A DNA stretch of 64,000 bases, from assembly GCA_951406725.2 (NCBI GenBank), contig OX597814.1, positions 1,426,001 to 1,490,000 of the forward strand, read 5' to 3'. This stretch comes from Octopus vulgaris (Eukaryota). The first letter of the stretch is position 1. Each line of letters starts with the position of its first letter. The notes beneath the pieces are model-generated. The model had not been told where the DNA came from. It saw only the letters and a program-made list of their open reading frames with translations, and ran no database searches. The translations under genes were made by a program, and so were the position numbers. Shown here piece after piece: positions 57,157 to 64,000 of the stretch.

Positions 57157-57409
57157 TACGTACATACATGCATGCATGCATACGTGCACACGCACACATA
57201 CATACATATATATATATGTATATACATATATACATATATACATATATACATACATACATGCATGCATACATACACACACAAGCACAGATACACATATATG
57301 TGTATATATACATACATACATAAATACATATATACATACACCCATACACATATATACACACATACACACACACACACATATATATGTGTGTGTGTATGTA
57401 TATTTATGT

Positions 57410-57650
57410 ATATTGGGTTGGTGCATAATTATTGCGGCTTTTTTCAACAAATTTTATTCAACAAAAACAATGACAACATTTAACAAAAACATCTTTAAAT
57501 GATTATTCCGGAGCATATTCACCATCTACTTCAATTACTGCTTCCCATTTGTTTGGCAGACGGTCAAACCGTCATTTAAAGATGTTTTTGCTAAATATTC
57601 TTATTGTTTTTGTTGACTAAAATTTGTTGAAAAAAAGCCGCAATAATATT
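57410..57650. mobile_element. Palindromic mariner MITE built from two 3' ends
   Basis: TIR TATTGGGTTGGTGCATAATTATTGCGG resembles the Hsmar1 TIR; minus strand DRLPNKWEAVIEVDGEYAPE*; about 57428-57502 approximates rc of 57573-57647. Confidence 0.8.
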
Positions 57651-57697
57651 TTTATTTCGTACTTTTCAGGTTTTTAGACTGGTAAGGAAAATTCAAA

Positions 57698-58271
57698 ATG
57701 GCTGCCCCCTTAGAGTTACGTCAAAAACAAAGAGCAGTATTCGAATTTCTTGTTGCTGAGGGGGAAATCCCTGTGACCATTCACCGACGATTACAGTGTC
57801 TTTGGGGACAATACTTTAGATTATAGCAATGCAGGCAGGTGGGTCCGTCGTCTGAAGGATAAAAAGGTCTGAAAGATGAAAAGCAGATGCTCTGATCAGG
57901 GAAGACAGGCGCATAATTCTTGCTGAGTTGGCAGAAAACCTTGAAGTGAGCCATGGAAGTGCTTACAACATTGTTGAATCACTTGGCTTTTCAAAAGTGT
58001 GTGCCCGTTGGGTACCGAGAGAGCTGACTAGCGAATGCAAGACTGACAGGGTCCATTCTCACCAGATTTAGCGCCTTCAGACTATCATCTCTTTGGCCCC
58101 ATGAAAGAGGGTTTGAGAGGCAAACATTATTCCAGTGACGAGAAAGTGAAAACTGTAGTGAAGAAGTGGCTCAAAGAACAGTCAACATAATTTTACGGGG
58201 CAGGGATACATGCTCTCATTCGAAGGTGGAACATTGCTATTGAGAGAAACGGTGACTATGTTGAGAAGTAG
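57698..58271 (+). pseudogene. Internally deleted mariner transposase
   Basis: MAAPLELRQKQRAVFEFL..; KVCARWVPREL; SPDLAPSDYHLFGPMK; RRWNIAIERNGDYVEK*, covering both mariner signature motifs. Confidence 0.9.
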
Positions 58272-58970
58272 GGGTGTGAACTCCTGTGTGGCAAACGTGC
58301 GCTAAAACGTCACGATGAATGTTTAGAATTACTATTGTCACTAGTATCATCATGAAGTCATAAAATTCCCTTTCAAATTGAAAATCATCTTTGCGTCAAT
58401 TCTGGTCCTTAAAGGCAGGGCAAAAGTCCGGTCTTTCTGGTGTTAGATACTTTGTATATAGGAAAAATACTGGGAAAAGGTTGAATTTGTTTTGATATTA
58501 AAATATATATATTTTTTGTGTAATTAAAACAAGCTTAACGTTTTAACATAAGGGGAAAACAGTTTTATTTGTGTATTTATATGGATAAAAATAAAAATAT
58601 AAAAATACGTTTTCATCGAATAAATGTTTTCGTATTGTCGATTAACTGAAAATATATTAGTGTATGTATTCATAAAGTAAGATTGACATAGAAAAGGAGC
58701 AAAAGGTTTAAAAAGGGATCACATATTACTTTGAGTCTTTTGCATAGGAAAAGGTTTTTGTGTATAGAATTTTGTTGCGGCTGAAAGAGGTTTTGTAATA
58801 GAAGAGAAAGTCATATCTAACTGACCAGTGTCTGGCTTATGCTGATCTTCAGCTTTTCAAAGTTTTGGGTAATTTTTCCATTTTTAAAACTACGTGTGGG
58901 TTGATTAATAAATAGGGATCACTTATATACATACATACATACATACATACATACATACATACATACACAC

Positions 58971-59266
<296 letters not shown>

Positions 59267-59275
59267 GTCTATCTA

Positions 59276-59490
59276 GTGAGAATTTACAAAAAAAAAGTAA
59301 AAGAAAAATCAAAAGACGAAGACAGGTGGTGTACAAAACAAACAGATGTATTAGTTTAACGCTCGAGAAGTGAGAAAGTCTTTTACGTTTCGAGCCTACG
59401 CTCTTCGACAGAAAGGAACACAGAAATAAATAGGGAGATAAAATAGAAAAGGTTTGGTGGCTAGCGATCTATCATGGCGAATGCCTGACC
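59276..59490 (-). mobile_element. Minimal-HHR element (family of 33156)
   Basis: Minus strand CTTT-CTGTCGA-A-GAGC-GTAG-GCTC-GAAACGTA-AAAG (59380-59415). Confidence 0.7.
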
Positions 59491-59627
59491 TATATATATA
59501 AATATAAATAGTACATAAGGAAGTGGAGAGGGTATAAAATCGACAGACACCGGCCGGTAAACATTCCCGTATGTCTATTTATTGAAATGTATTGGATGAA
59601 TCCCCACACTTGTATTACTGGTACAGA

Positions 59628-63810
<4,183 letters not shown>

Positions 63811-64000
63811 CTCCTTCTTCTCATCCTCCTCCTTCTTCTCCTCCTCCTCCTCCTCCTCCTTCTTCTCCTCCTTCTTCTCCACTCTCTGACATTTCCTCTC
63901 TACCAATTCCACGTCCCTCCAAGAAGCTGTCAATAGAACAAACTAAAAACTCTTCCAATTCCTGAGGACTTTTTTCTTTTTTCTTTTTGCTTTTTGTTTT

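Overview
Eukaryotic, repeat-saturated, AT-rich non-coding DNA. The SINE repertoire (tRNA-headed families resembling the OR/CORE-type SINEs described in Octopus) and the extreme microsatellite load suggest an octopus or coleoid genome; this is an inference. I find no intact protein-coding gene, and nearly all long ORFs in the track are translated microsatellites. Recognisable coding remnants are all transposon-derived: a near-complete decayed Tc1 transposase, four mariner remnants, a Penelope-type GIY-YIG endonuclease 3' fragment, RTE and CR1-like LINE fragments, and an I/Ingi-like LINE 3' end with a CCHC finger. There is also a 679-bp hAT-type MITE, three SINE families in many copies, multi-kb (TTTC)n and (CACT)n arrays and a 2.1-kb tandem duplication containing an 8-bp/168-bp higher-order satellite. 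The most striking signal is a set of about ten short, mostly unrelated elements, mainly inserted in (TA)n arrays, that carry hammerhead-ribozyme (HHR) cores and/or an inverted copy of their own end, the architecture of Penelope-like element (PLE) pseudo-LTRs. Two stand out. One is a 553-bp palindrome with two canonical hammerheads (13605-14157). The other is a tRNA-headed, hammerhead-tailed SINE-like element (56754-57156) whose tRNA and HHR modules also sit in the 3' UTR of the Penelope GIY-YIG remnant (40380-41124), suggesting a Pol III-driven, PLE-mobilised ribozyme SINE. All folds were done by eye and need computational and biochemical confirmation.
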